DNA from: Minisyncoccota bacterium
GTDB taxonomy: Bacteria > Patescibacteriota > Minisyncoccia > Phycocordibacterales > UBA1550
DNA: 64,000 nucleotides
Direction: 5' to 3'
Assembly: GCA_041660105.1 (NCBI GenBank)
Contig: JBAZWZ010000004.1
Location: 176-64,175 of the forward strand
Below are positions 37,918-46,709 of this stretch, piece by piece; positions within the stretch are counted from its first letter, which is position 1; each line of letters begins with the position of its first letter. The notes under the pieces were generated by a model that did not search any database, was not told where the DNA came from, and saw only the letters and a program-made list of their open reading frames with translations. The position numbers were made by a program, and so were the translations under genes.

Positions 37918-38034
37918 TAGACTTTCGTTGGATGAATCGCACATAGAGTTGCCTCCAGCGCACTCACATAAGGGGATCCTAGCAGATATTAATGGAAAAG
38001 TCAAGCAAAATTAGTTCTTTTCAGCTTTTTAATT

Positions 38035-40113
38035 TTACACCTTAGGAGCTGGGTATTCCTTCAAAATTTTTACCGTTTCTGCATGCTTCCCATTTAACTC
38101 CAATACCTGCAAGTAGAATTTCTTTGCTTCAGGATACTCTGGGGCCAATTCAAATGCACGCTTGAATATCTCTTCTGCTTTTGCGGTATTCTTATTACCA
38201 TAATGAGCATTTCCAAGCTCAAAAAGAATTGATTGCTTCGTAGGTGAAAGTTCCGCTGCTTTATTCAAGTAAACGAGCGACTCATCATACTTTCCTACTT
38301 TTGAAAGGAACGAGCCGGCGAAAAGCTGTGCACGTGCATCAGAGGGGTGCTCAGCCGCTTGTTTTTCAAGTTCACTTTTTGTAAGGAGGAGGAACTGTTG
38401 CTGGATGTCTGATATTCCTTTTGATGAATCAAACGCAGTAGTTGAGAAAGGAGTAAGCTGCTCACGAATCTCGGTCTCCCCCATCGAGTCGTAGGCAAGC
38501 GCATCTTTGAAGAAGGCGAGGTTACGGGCAAGTGATGGATCCGTACGATCGGTCAAACCTTTTATAAATGTAATGTTCTGCATAAACGGACTGTAGTTCA
38601 CGTTATAGAGAAGAACGATTGCAAAAATGAAAGCTCCACCAGAAACCATAAACGTAAGGTCTTCTTTTTCTGCTGCATCCTTTTTAATATTTTTTGATTT
38701 ATTCTCTGCGTTTCTGTCAGTTGTCTGCGAAGCAGTGTCAGTTGTCAGTTGTCCCCTGTTCATTCCCTCAACATACGCAAGTATCATTCCGAAGTAAATA
38801 AGACTCGTGATGTTGTCAAACACAAAAAGATTCTGGAAAAAGTAGCCGCCCAGAAGCCCAGTAAGTACGCTTTTTTCTAAGACACTCAGCTCATCCGTGC
38901 GCCCCGTTAGAGACGGAGCCACGCTGCGACCACTCGCGGTCTCTAACGGGGCAGGTCTCCAAATGTAATAAAGAGACAATCCAAAGAGCGATAAATATCC
39001 GAGCAGCCCGAGCGCACCTCCCGCAACAAGCCAATCAAAGACTACGTTGTGCGCGCGGTCAAACCATTGCTCCTGCGCGTACATATTTGGATCATAGTAC
39101 TTACTGAAAACATACATAAAGTTATCCATTCCCCACCCAAGAATAGGTTTTTCCTTGAACCCTTCATACGCCATACCCCACACCATGAGGCGTGCGTGAC
39201 CTGTGCCTTCTGTTGGAGAGATAGCAGCGAGGCGTGAAAGCACGGGGCTTTGCTGTATGAACGATGCATCGCGAATAGCGATAAATCCACCGACAAAAAG
39301 AATTATCGCAATCACAATACCGATTGCACTTTTTCTAATCAACTTATTATTTTTCTCAAAAATGGCGACAAGAAGTGTAGCGAGACCAAGCCCAGCAATG
39401 AGCCCAAGGATCGCTCCACGCGTACCTGAGTGATATAGCGCAAACGTCTGAAGGATAATTATTAAACCATAGATTACCATACGTATATTCCCACCCGTAG
39501 TGTCTAGCTTTTCACGCACTAAAAGAAACAAAGCAATAAAAATATTAAAGAGCGCGTAGGTACCAAGATACTCAGTGTTACCAAGTGTACCATCAATACG
39601 AATGCCTCCTTGGGAAATTTTGACGTGGCCAGCCCATTGCATCACTCCGATGATTGCCATAATGACTCCCGCAAAAAGATTGAAATTCAAATAAGGTCGC
39701 CAAAATCCGCGCACGGTGAGCACTGTTGATGCCACCACAAAATAAGCGAATAGATGAAAGTAGGTGACCACTCCTTCCATACGCTCGTAGTTGGACCAGA
39801 AACTTTTTGCGGGATCTGCTCCAAAAATAGATGCAAGGGTGATGATACCAACAAATGCTGCAAAAGCGTAAAGAAGATAACTTTTCTTTGGACGATATGC
39901 AGGATCAATTACCGCAAGGACAATCCATGCTGAAAACATTATTTCGACAAGAGCGCGAAACGCAAAATTCTTACCTGTAATAAATGGGAAAAACGTACTC
40001 TGTCCAAGAACAATAAACGGAATAAATGGCACCGCCACGAACCCCGCAAAAACAACCGCATTGGCAAAAAATTTATGTAAATTCATCCCGTTAGAAGTAG
40101 GAAATGCGAACAT
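38035..40113 (-). CDS. O-antigen-ligase-like (Wzy_C) polytopic membrane protein with C-terminal TPR repeats; candidate O-oligosaccharyltransferase
   Basis: More than 10 TM helices with a Wzy_C-like core, then C-terminal TPR units (AKAEEIFKRAFELAPEYPEAKKFYLQVLEL). The true start is probably MNLHKFF (~40086), from comparison with the homologous PMM leader. Confidence 0.75.
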   Translation of the reverse strand: MFAFPTSNGMNLHKFFANAVVFAGFVAVPFIPFIVLGQSTFFPFITGKNFAFRALVEIMFSAWIVLAVIDPAYRPKKSYLLYAFAAFVGIITLASIFGADPAKSFWSNYERMEGVVTYFHLFAYFVVASTVLTVRGFWRPYLNFNLFAGVIMAIIGVMQWAGHVKISQGGIRIDGTLGNTEYLGTYALFNIFIALFLLVREKLDTTGGNIRMVIYGLIIILQTFALYHSGTRGAILGLIAGLGLATLLVAIFEKNNKLIRKSAIGIVIAIILFVGGFIAIRDASFIQQSPVLSRLAAISPTEGTGHARLMVWGMAYEGFKEKPILGWGMDNFMYVFSKYYDPNMYAQEQWFDRAHNVVFDWLVAGGALGLLGYLSLFGLSLYYIWRPAPLETASGRSVAPSLTGRTDELSVLEKSVLTGLLGGYFFQNLFVFDNITSLIYFGMILAYVEGMNRGQLTTDTASQTTDRNAENKSKNIKKDAAEKEDLTFMVSGGAFIFAIVLLYNVNYSPFMQNITFIKGLTDRTDPSLARNLAFFKDALAYDSMGETEIREQLTPFSTTAFDSSKGISDIQQQFLLLTKSELEKQAAEHPSDARAQLFAGSFLSKVGKYDESLVYLNKAAELSPTKQSILFELGNAHYGNKNTAKAEEIFKRAFELAPEYPEAKKFYLQVLELNGKHAETVKILKEYPAPKV
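38901..38950. repeat. 13-bp inverted repeat CCCCGTTAGAGAC...GTCTCTAACGGGG (28-nt spacer) inserted in-frame inside the Wzy_C/TPR CDS
   Basis: Shares the core with the CCCGTTAGAGGT elements at 40082..40210 and 41081..41208. Encodes the loop peptide APLETASGRSVAPSLTG. Confidence 0.5.
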
Positions 40114-40210
40114 TTCCGTAGTTAGTTAATGATTATTAATAATTTCTATACTATACCGATATTTTCCATTTGTCTCAAGTCAAAACTTTGGGACCTCGAA
40201 CGGGATTCAT
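40082..40210. repeat. Inverted-repeat element E1: 14-17-bp terminal inverted repeats ATCCCGTTAGA(A/G)GT bracketing ~95 nt and containing the 5' end/start codon of the Wzy_C/TPR gene
   Basis: Left ~60 nt near-identical to E2, including the hairpin GGAAATG-TTCG-CATTTCC. Right end GACCTCGAACGGGATTCAT is the inverted copy of the left end. Confidence 0.55.
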
Positions 40211-40220
40211 AATGTCTAAA

Positions 40221-40335
40221 AGTATACCCCCACATCTACTTTTTTCCTAGTGTTTTACGCAATCTTTATAAAGCGCAACACTGAGCACTAGACCCCGAGC
40301 CCAATCTAAATAATACAAAAGTAGGTGCAGGGGTA
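40221..40335. other. Imperfect ~22-bp inverted repeat (AAGTATACCCCCACATCTACTTTT / AAAAGTAGGTGCAGGGGTATAT) enclosing ~65 nt, immediately downstream of the PMM gene
   Basis: Read directly. Followed on the minus strand by UUUU, so it could be a large terminator or a small structured RNA. Confidence 0.3.
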
Positions 40336-40355
40336 TATCATACTTAAGCTCAATG

Positions 40356-41084
40356 TTAAGAACTTAGCTCACCAATGAACAAACAGACTGCATCCTCACA
40401 CTCTTTGGGAGTGTCTATAGAATATGTAGGGATTACACCTACCACACTATGATCATTCCCTCCCTCAAACAGCGCATCGCCGACATAAACACATTCATCA
40501 CTTCGCCACCCCATCTGATCTATAAAATATTTCACATTGTCGCCTTTATTGCGCGCAGTGAAATCAACACACGTGGTGCCACCAATACGTGCCTGCACGC
40601 CGAGATTCTTCAACTGAGAAATTTCTGGTTCAAAACGACAGAGAAGACCCTTCCGAATCCCCCTATCTTGATCTGCTTTCTCTTTTTCTTCAAGTGGTGC
40701 GTTGTGCCCAATCAATGAATACGATATCTGACACTTTCTGTCTTCAACCAAGTCTTTTAGATTACTAATTTCGAGACCAGCGTGATCAATCATTTTATCA
40801 ACAAGCCTAAAAATCTCATTTTTCTGAATTTCCGTTAGCTCATTACGCCAAATGATTTCACCTGATTGCGCTTCTGCATGATTTCCGTTTTGCGCCATTA
40901 TCACAACTTCTTTTGCAATTTCCCCAATCTGTTTTATTATTTGATCTTTTGTGGCACCAGACACAACGACCACATCACCACCATTTTCTTTGAGACCCAG
41001 CAAACATGCAACCATCGAATCACTTATTTCACTACGCGAGCGAGTAAGTGTCCCATCCATATCAAAAAAGAAATGTTTTTTCAT
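40356..41084 (-). CDS. Eukaryote/archaeal-type phosphomannomutase (HAD-IIB PMM family)
   Basis: FDMDGTLT HAD motif I, GGNDHS (cf. eukaryotic PMM GGNDHE), 242 aa, and end-to-end colinearity with eukaryotic PMM2-type enzymes. Confidence 0.75.
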   Translation of the reverse strand: MKKHFFFDMDGTLTRSRSEISDSMVACLLGLKENGGDVVVVSGATKDQIIKQIGEIAKEVVIMAQNGNHAEAQSGEIIWRNELTEIQKNEIFRLVDKMIDHAGLEISNLKDLVEDRKCQISYSLIGHNAPLEEKEKADQDRGIRKGLLCRFEPEISQLKNLGVQARIGGTTCVDFTARNKGDNVKYFIDQMGWRSDECVYVGDALFEGGNDHSVVGVIPTYSIDTPKECEDAVCLFIGELSS

Positions 41085-41208
41085 CCCGTTAGAGGTAGGA
41101 AACGCTGCGCGTTTCCGTAATTAGTTAATAATTAGTAAGACTTCGACACATCACTTTATAATACCCGCAAGTCCAGAATATAACTGTATGACCTCTAACG
41201 GGATTCAT
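41081..41208. repeat. Inverted-repeat element E2 filling the whole manC-PMM intergenic space; termini TTCATCCCGTTAGAGGT / ACCTCTAACGGGATTCAT; the left end abuts the PMM start codon
   Basis: The left ~60 nt is homologous to E1, with a covarying hairpin GGAAACGC-GCA-GCGTTTCC. The 14-bp termini are perfectly complementary. Confidence 0.55.
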
Positions 41209-41212
41209 TGTT

Positions 41213-42670
41213 TTAGTTTCTTCCATGTTTATCTTCGTAACGCACGATGTCATCCTCTCCGAGATACATACCGCTCTGTACTTCAATAATCTCGAGAATT
41301 TCATTCGTTGGATTTTCAAGACGGTGCACGGTTTCAACAGGGATATCTACCGTTTGATGAGCACTATAAAGAAGTGTGTTTTCGCCGACGGTCGCCTTTG
41401 CGGTACCTTGTATCACGACCCAGTGCTCAGAACGTTTGTGGTGGAGCTGGAGGCTCAGCTGCTCGTGCGGGCTCACCATAATCTTTTTCACCTTATACCC
41501 AAGGCCTTCTTCAAGTACCGTATATGAGCCCCAGGGACGAATCACCGTCTTGTGTTCCTTGTATTGCATCTTGTTGCGCTCCTTGAGCTCTGCGTACGCA
41601 TTTTTAATTTTGTGCGTCTCATCCTTGTGAACCACGAGGACTGCGTCTTCTGTATCCACCACAACGATTCCTGTTATGCCAATAGCGACTGTTGCTCGTT
41701 TTGAATTGCCATATACGAGAGAATTTTCACAATCAATCGTGAGTGCGTGTTCATTGAGAACATTGCCACACTCATCTTTTTCGAGGAGCTCATAGAGTGA
41801 CTTCCACGAACCGATATCCTTCCATCCAAAATCAACTTTAATAACTTCCACTTCCCTACTTCTCTCAAGGAGACCGACATCGATAGACACAGGAGACAAC
41901 ACCGAGAAATGTTCGATAAACTTTTCAGCATCTGCATCTCTGAGAGACACCGCGTGAGCAACTTCGGGTAAATATTTTTGAATTTCTTCATTAAACGTTT
42001 TCGCACTCCACACAAAAATTCCCGCGTTCCAAAGATACCCCTCTTTGATATACTTTTCAGCAATGTCACGTGGTGGCTTCTCAACGAAACATTCGACTGG
42101 TGTGGGGACGTTATCAATCATTTCTCCCACTGGCTTGATGTAGCCATACTCAGTGCTAGGACTATCTGGCGTGATACCAAGCGTAATAAGCTTTCCTTCT
42201 TTTGCGCGCGTAAATGCATCAATCACGCTTTTCTTAAAAGCACTGTCATCTGTGATCAAATGATCCGCGGGGGAAACGAGCATCAAAGCATCCTTGTCCT
42301 TCCTCTCAATAACATCTGCGGCGAGCGCGAGTGCTGGGGCAGTATTCTTTTGTGCAGGCTCAATAATGAGCTGTTCACGAGTAAAACCGTAATCCTTGAG
42401 TTGTAGCAAGATGTCAGTTGAAAATTGCTTGTTCGTGACAATGTAAATATTTTCTTTGGGGACTATATTCTCTATGCGCAAAAAAGTAGCTTGAATAAGA
42501 GTCTTATCCCCTGTGAGTGCGAGAAGTTGCTTCGGGTACAGCTCACGACTAATAGGCCAGAGTCGTGTACCTGATCCACCTGCGAGAATTACAGCGTAAT
42601 GATGATTATTTGATTGCTCCTTCATACTATTTCTAACTTTGTTGTTTTCATCGTACCACAGTTTAGGCAC
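41213..42670 (-). CDS. manC: Bifunctional mannose-1-phosphate guanylyltransferase / mannose-6-phosphate isomerase (type II PMI-GMP)
   Basis: [14 protein letters not shown] nucleotidyltransferase motif and a C-terminal cupin PMI domain. The track start is GTG, so the likely real start is the [12 protein letters not shown] about 45 nt downstream. Confidence 0.9.
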   Translation of the reverse strand: MPKLWYDENNKVRNSMKEQSNNHHYAVILAGGSGTRLWPISRELYPKQLLALTGDKTLIQATFLRIENIVPKENIYIVTNKQFSTDILLQLKDYGFTREQLIIEPAQKNTAPALALAADVIERKDKDALMLVSPADHLITDDSAFKKSVIDAFTRAKEGKLITLGITPDSPSTEYGYIKPVGEMIDNVPTPVECFVEKPPRDIAEKYIKEGYLWNAGIFVWSAKTFNEEIQKYLPEVAHAVSLRDADAEKFIEHFSVLSPVSIDVGLLERSREVEVIKVDFGWKDIGSWKSLYELLEKDECGNVLNEHALTIDCENSLVYGNSKRATVAIGITGIVVVDTEDAVLVVHKDETHKIKNAYAELKERNKMQYKEHKTVIRPWGSYTVLEEGLGYKVKKIMVSPHEQLSLQLHHKRSEHWVVIQGTAKATVGENTLLYSAHQTVDIPVETVHRLENPTNEILEIIEVQSGMYLGEDDIVRYEDKHGRN

Positions 42671-42714
42671 AAAACGCTACCAAATCAAGCAAGAATAGTG
42701 TAATATTCTTTTAT

Positions 42715-43797
42715 ATGAAAAAAGCACTTATCACGGGAATTACAGGACAAGATGGTTCATACCTCGCAGAACTTCTCCTTGAAAAAGGGTATGAGGTTCA
42801 CGGTATTATCCGTCGCGCAAGCAGTTTTAATACCGGAAGAATCGATCATATTTATCAGGACCCACATGAGTCAGGAAAGCGCCTTTTCCTTCATTATGGA
42901 GACCTCACCGACTCGACAAACCTCATAAGAATTATTAAAGAAGTTCGACCAGACGAAATCTATAATCTCGCAGCACAAAGCCACGTGAAGGTATCTTTTG
43001 AAGTTCCTGAGTACACCGGCAATTCTGACGCACTTGGGACGCTCCGCATCCTTGAGGCAATTCGCCTCCTTGGACTCGAAAAGATAACAAAGTTTTATCA
43101 AGCATCTACCTCAGAAATGTTTGGTGCTACTCCACCTCCCCAAAGTGAGGAGACACCATTCTATCCTCGCAGTCCTTATGGTGCTGCAAAAGTTTATGCA
43201 TACTGGATAACAAAAAATTATCGCGAGGCGTACGGAATGTTTGCGGTTTCTGGAATTCTTTTTAATCACGAGTCCCCTCGTCGAGGCGAAACCTTTGTTA
43301 CCAAGAAAATTACCCGCGCAGCAACAAGAATCTCAGTTGGTCTCCAAGAGAAATTATTTCTTGGTAACCTCAATGCAAAGCGAGACTGGGGGCACGCAAA
43401 AGATTATGTGAACGCAATGTATCTTATGCTTCAAGCAGAAACACCTGAGGACTTTGTTATTGCAACAGGTGAACAGTACTCTGTGCGCATCTTTTGTGAA
43501 GCAGTCTTCAAAGAACTCGGCGTTGAAATCGTTTGGCAAGGTGTGGGGCTAGATGAAAAGGGTGTCGACAAAAAAACTGGCAAAGTAATTATTGAAATCG
43601 ACCCTCGCTATTTCCGCCCTACTGAGGTTGAATCACTTCAGGGTGACCCAACAAAGGCGCAAGAAAAACTCGGCTGGAAAGCAGGGGTAACCTTCGATGA
43701 ACTCGTAAAGGAAATGGTTGCAACCGATCTAAAAGATGCGCAAAAGGATGTACTTCTTAATAAGAGTGGCTTTGTTATTGAAAAGCACTATGAGTAA
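42715..43797 (+). CDS. gmd: GDP-mannose 4,6-dehydratase
   Basis: [17 protein letters not shown] Rossmann motif, YxxxK, 360 aa. Confidence 0.95.
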   Translation: MKKALITGITGQDGSYLAELLLEKGYEVHGIIRRASSFNTGRIDHIYQDPHESGKRLFLHYGDLTDSTNLIRIIKEVRPDEIYNLAAQSHVKVSFEVPEYTGNSDALGTLRILEAIRLLGLEKITKFYQASTSEMFGATPPPQSEETPFYPRSPYGAAKVYAYWITKNYREAYGMFAVSGILFNHESPRRGETFVTKKITRAATRISVGLQEKLFLGNLNAKRDWGHAKDYVNAMYLMLQAETPEDFVIATGEQYSVRIFCEAVFKELGVEIVWQGVGLDEKGVDKKTGKVIIEIDPRYFRPTEVESLQGDPTKAQEKLGWKAGVTFDELVKEMVATDLKDAQKDVLLNKSGFVIEKHYE

Positions 43798-43819
43798 TTA
43801 GGGGATTTACGACACCACT

Positions 43820-44269
43820 ATGGAATATATCCCGGATGAACTCTACAAAGAAATACTCAACGTTATGCCTTTTGTTTGTGTTGATATGGTGATTAAAAAA
43901 GGAGATTCATTTCTTCTCGCCAAACGAACGAACAAACCCGCACAAGGACAATGGTTCTTCCCTGGCGGAAGAGTTTTGAAAAACGAAAAACTCGAGGACG
44001 CTGTACACCGTAAACTCAAACAGGAAACGGGGCTCACGGGCAAAATTGAAAAAACTCTCGGAGTGGGCGAAACAATGTTTCCTGATGGCCCCTACGGGGA
44101 CTCCATCCACTCAGTAAATGTTGTATTTCTAGTGACTCCCAGAAACCTCGGTGAAATTATTCTTGATACTCAAAACAATGAGTATCAGTGGTATACTCAC
44201 ATTGATGACTCGTGGCATCCCTACGTGAAAAAGTTCCTTGGGTTAGCAGGTTTTACCAAAGTTGATTAA
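43820..44269 (+). CDS. gmm: GDP-mannose mannosyl hydrolase-like NUDIX protein
   Basis: Nudix fold (GGRVLKNEKLEDAVHRKLKQETG) positioned between gmd and fcl, as in colanic-acid-type loci. Confidence 0.75.
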   Translation: MEYIPDELYKEILNVMPFVCVDMVIKKGDSFLLAKRTNKPAQGQWFFPGGRVLKNEKLEDAVHRKLKQETGLTGKIEKTLGVGETMFPDGPYGDSIHSVNVVFLVTPRNLGEIILDTQNNEYQWYTHIDDSWHPYVKKFLGLAGFTKVD

Positions 44270-44280
44270 TTTGCAATATT

Positions 44281-45210
44281 ATGGAAAAGAACTCTAAAAT
44301 TTTTATCGCAGGACATCGCGGACTCGTGGGAGCTGCTATTGTAAGCGCTCTTCAAAATGAGGGATTTTCTAATCTCGTCCTTAAGACTCACGCGGAGCTC
44401 GACCTAACCAACCAGCAGGCAGTTGCTGATTTCTTTGCGCAAGAAAAGCCTGAGTATGTATTTCTTGCAGCAGCAAAAGTAGGTGGCATTATGGCAAACA
44501 AGAACTATCCCGCTGACTTCATCTACAACAATCTCACCATTGAGACAAATGTTATTCATAATGCATATGTAAACAAAGTAAAGAAGTTACTTTTCCTCGG
44601 GAGCTCGTGCATCTACCCCAGAATGTGTCAGCAACCAATCAAAGAAGAATATCTTCTTACGAGCGAGCTCGAACCAACCAATAAAGCGTATGCGCTTGCC
44701 AAAATCGCTGGTATTATAATGTGCCAGTCGTATAACGAACAGCATGGAACAAACTTCATTTCCTTAATGCCTACTAACCTCTACGGACCGCACGACAACT
44801 TTGATCTTGATAATTCTCACGTAATGCCTGCGATGATCCGTAAATTTCACGAGGCAAAAATTTCCAACGCGCCGCAAATTAGTATGTGGGGTACCGGTGT
44901 TGCAATGCGCGAGTTTCTCCATGTTGATGACCTCGCCAATGCAAGCATATTTTTGATGAATAACTACGACGACTCTTCTATTGTCAACGTAGGAACTGGT
45001 GAAGATGTAACGATCAAAGAGCTCGCGGAAAAAATTAAGGAAATTGTCGGATATGAAGGTGAGATTGTTTGGGACAGCACAAAACCCGACGGCACGCCCC
45101 GCAAGCTCCTCGACGTAACAAAACTTCACGCTACAGGTTGGAAACACACAATCCCCCTCAATGAAGGCATCTCGTCAACATACGCGTGGTTCAAGGAGAA
45201 TTATAAATAA
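44281..45210 (+). CDS. fcl: GDP-L-fucose synthase (GDP-4-keto-6-deoxymannose 3,5-epimerase/4-reductase)
   Basis: IFIAGHRGLVGAAI N-terminus, SxxxYxxxK, 309 aa. Confidence 0.9.
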   Translation: MEKNSKIFIAGHRGLVGAAIVSALQNEGFSNLVLKTHAELDLTNQQAVADFFAQEKPEYVFLAAAKVGGIMANKNYPADFIYNNLTIETNVIHNAYVNKVKKLLFLGSSCIYPRMCQQPIKEEYLLTSELEPTNKAYALAKIAGIIMCQSYNEQHGTNFISLMPTNLYGPHDNFDLDNSHVMPAMIRKFHEAKISNAPQISMWGTGVAMREFLHVDDLANASIFLMNNYDDSSIVNVGTGEDVTIKELAEKIKEIVGYEGEIVWDSTKPDGTPRKLLDVTKLHATGWKHTIPLNEGISSTYAWFKENYK

Positions 45211-45214
45211 CCAC

Positions 45215-45913
45215 ATGATTCCAAAAATCATCCATTACTGTTGGTTTGGCAAGAGTCCAAAATCCCCCGAGATTCTTGATTGTATTGAAAGCTGGAAGAA
45301 AACCTGTCCAGTTTTTGAGATTAAAGAATGGAACGAGTCCAATTTCAATATCCAGGACTTCCCTTTTACTAAGCGAATGTATGATGAAAAAAAATGGGCG
45401 TTTGTAGCTGATTATGCACGTCTTCATATTCTTTTTGAAGAAGGTGGTTTCTACCTCGATACTGACATGCTCTTACTCCAGTCTCTAGAGCCTCTCACAC
45501 ACCACGCGTGCGTTCTTGGTGAAGAATCCGTTGGTGTAATAAGTGCTGGGATGATTGGAGCCACAGCGCATCACCCGTTTATTGAGCAATGCAAGAAATA
45601 CTATGACGAAGGCACCGGAGAGATCGCAACTATCCCTCGTGTTCTTTCTCAAGTCTTCGAAACTTACTCCGACAAATCAAATATTGTCGTTTATCCACCA
45701 AAAACTTTCTACCCATTCGACAGCGAACATATATCCGATTATCATGGACAAGACCTTGGGCGCGAAGTAACTGGTGTCCACCTCTGGCATTACTCGTGGG
45801 GACATCCACTCAATAAGTTTTTTAAAAAGCTTGGTGTTTATCGTGTTGGGAAAAAAGTAGTTGAAGTTCTCGGTATCAAGAAGTTTCTTAAAAAAATATT
45901 TGGTTTTATTTAA
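45215..45913 (+). CDS. Glycosyltransferase with DXD sugar-binding motif (Gly_transf_sug / Och1-like family)
   Basis: IPKIIHYCWFG...YLDTDM motifs. Start moved to the ATG at 45215, just after the fcl stop. Confidence 0.7.
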   Translation: MIPKIIHYCWFGKSPKSPEILDCIESWKKTCPVFEIKEWNESNFNIQDFPFTKRMYDEKKWAFVADYARLHILFEEGGFYLDTDMLLLQSLEPLTHHACVLGEESVGVISAGMIGATAHHPFIEQCKKYYDEGTGEIATIPRVLSQVFETYSDKSNIVVYPPKTFYPFDSEHISDYHGQDLGREVTGVHLWHYSWGHPLNKFFKKLGVYRVGKKVVEVLGIKKFLKKIFGFI

Positions 45914-45923
45914 CCCGCTTAAT

Positions 45924-46709
45924 ATGAAATTTAGTATTATTACACCAACATATAAACGCGCAGACAAACTTACTCGAGCTGTTGAGTCGGTTCTTAATCA
46001 AACTTACACAAACTGGGAAATGATTATTGTGAATGATTCTCCTGATGATGTCAGCTATTCATCATTTGAAAATTCTATTTCCGATCCACGTATTATTTAT
46101 TTAAACAACGAACAAAATTCAGGGGTAAACTATTCTCGCAATCGTGCTCTTGATAATATCTCAAAAGATTCTGATTGGGTAATCTTTCTCGACGATGATG
46201 ATTATTTTGCCACCGACGCACTTACCACGCTCCACGACCTCATACAAAATCACCTCAACAATAAGTGGTTTGTTACCAACCGCGCTCAGTCTAATGGCTC
46301 GTCGCTGACCCACTTCCCCGCTTCCGACACATCCTATCCTTATGCATGGGATTACCTCATTACCAAAAAATGTAAAGGTGACGCAACACACTGTATCTCT
46401 ACTTCACTCATAAAAAACATTCGTTTTTCAAAACATATTAAACAAGCGGAGGAATGGCTGTTTTTCTATCAAATCGGTTTACGTGAACAAATGTTTTACC
46501 ACAACCACAACAGCACACTGACCGATGGCTACAACGAATCCTCGGGCCTCAATTTCCGCAAACGCACAGCACCTGAGCAGCTCAAAACTCTCTTTGCGAT
46601 CAAACTTGAAGGATTTCGCCATAATTTAATCTGGCGTCCCACGTTCCTTATTTATCTATCTCTGAGATTTGTTCGCATTGGCGTCAAAAGTTTAAGTTTT
46701 AAGCCCTAA
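45924..46709 (+). CDS. Family-2 glycosyltransferase
   Basis: FSIITPTYKRADKL...IIVNDSPDD...FLDDDD GT-A motifs. Start moved to the ATG at 45924. Confidence 0.8.
   Translation: MKFSIITPTYKRADKLTRAVESVLNQTYTNWEMIIVNDSPDDVSYSSFENSISDPRIIYLNNEQNSGVNYSRNRALDNISKDSDWVIFLDDDDYFATDALTTLHDLIQNHLNNKWFVTNRAQSNGSSLTHFPASDTSYPYAWDYLITKKCKGDATHCISTSLIKNIRFSKHIKQAEEWLFFYQIGLREQMFYHNHNSTLTDGYNESSGLNFRKRTAPEQLKTLFAIKLEGFRHNLIWRPTFLIYLSLRFVRIGVKSLSFKP

Noticed and set aside
37755-37967. 70-aa minus-strand ORF in the spacer between the Wzy_C/TPR gene and the giant surface-protein gene
   Set aside because: It spans a terminator hairpin and has no coding-like composition. It is probably noncoding leader or promoter sequence.
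41125-41337. 70-aa minus-strand ORF beginning ...MNPVRGHTVIFWT
   Set aside because: Its start lies in the distal arm of inverted-repeat element E2, and it overlaps the manC 3' end. It is an artefact of the repeat supplying a pseudo-ATG.
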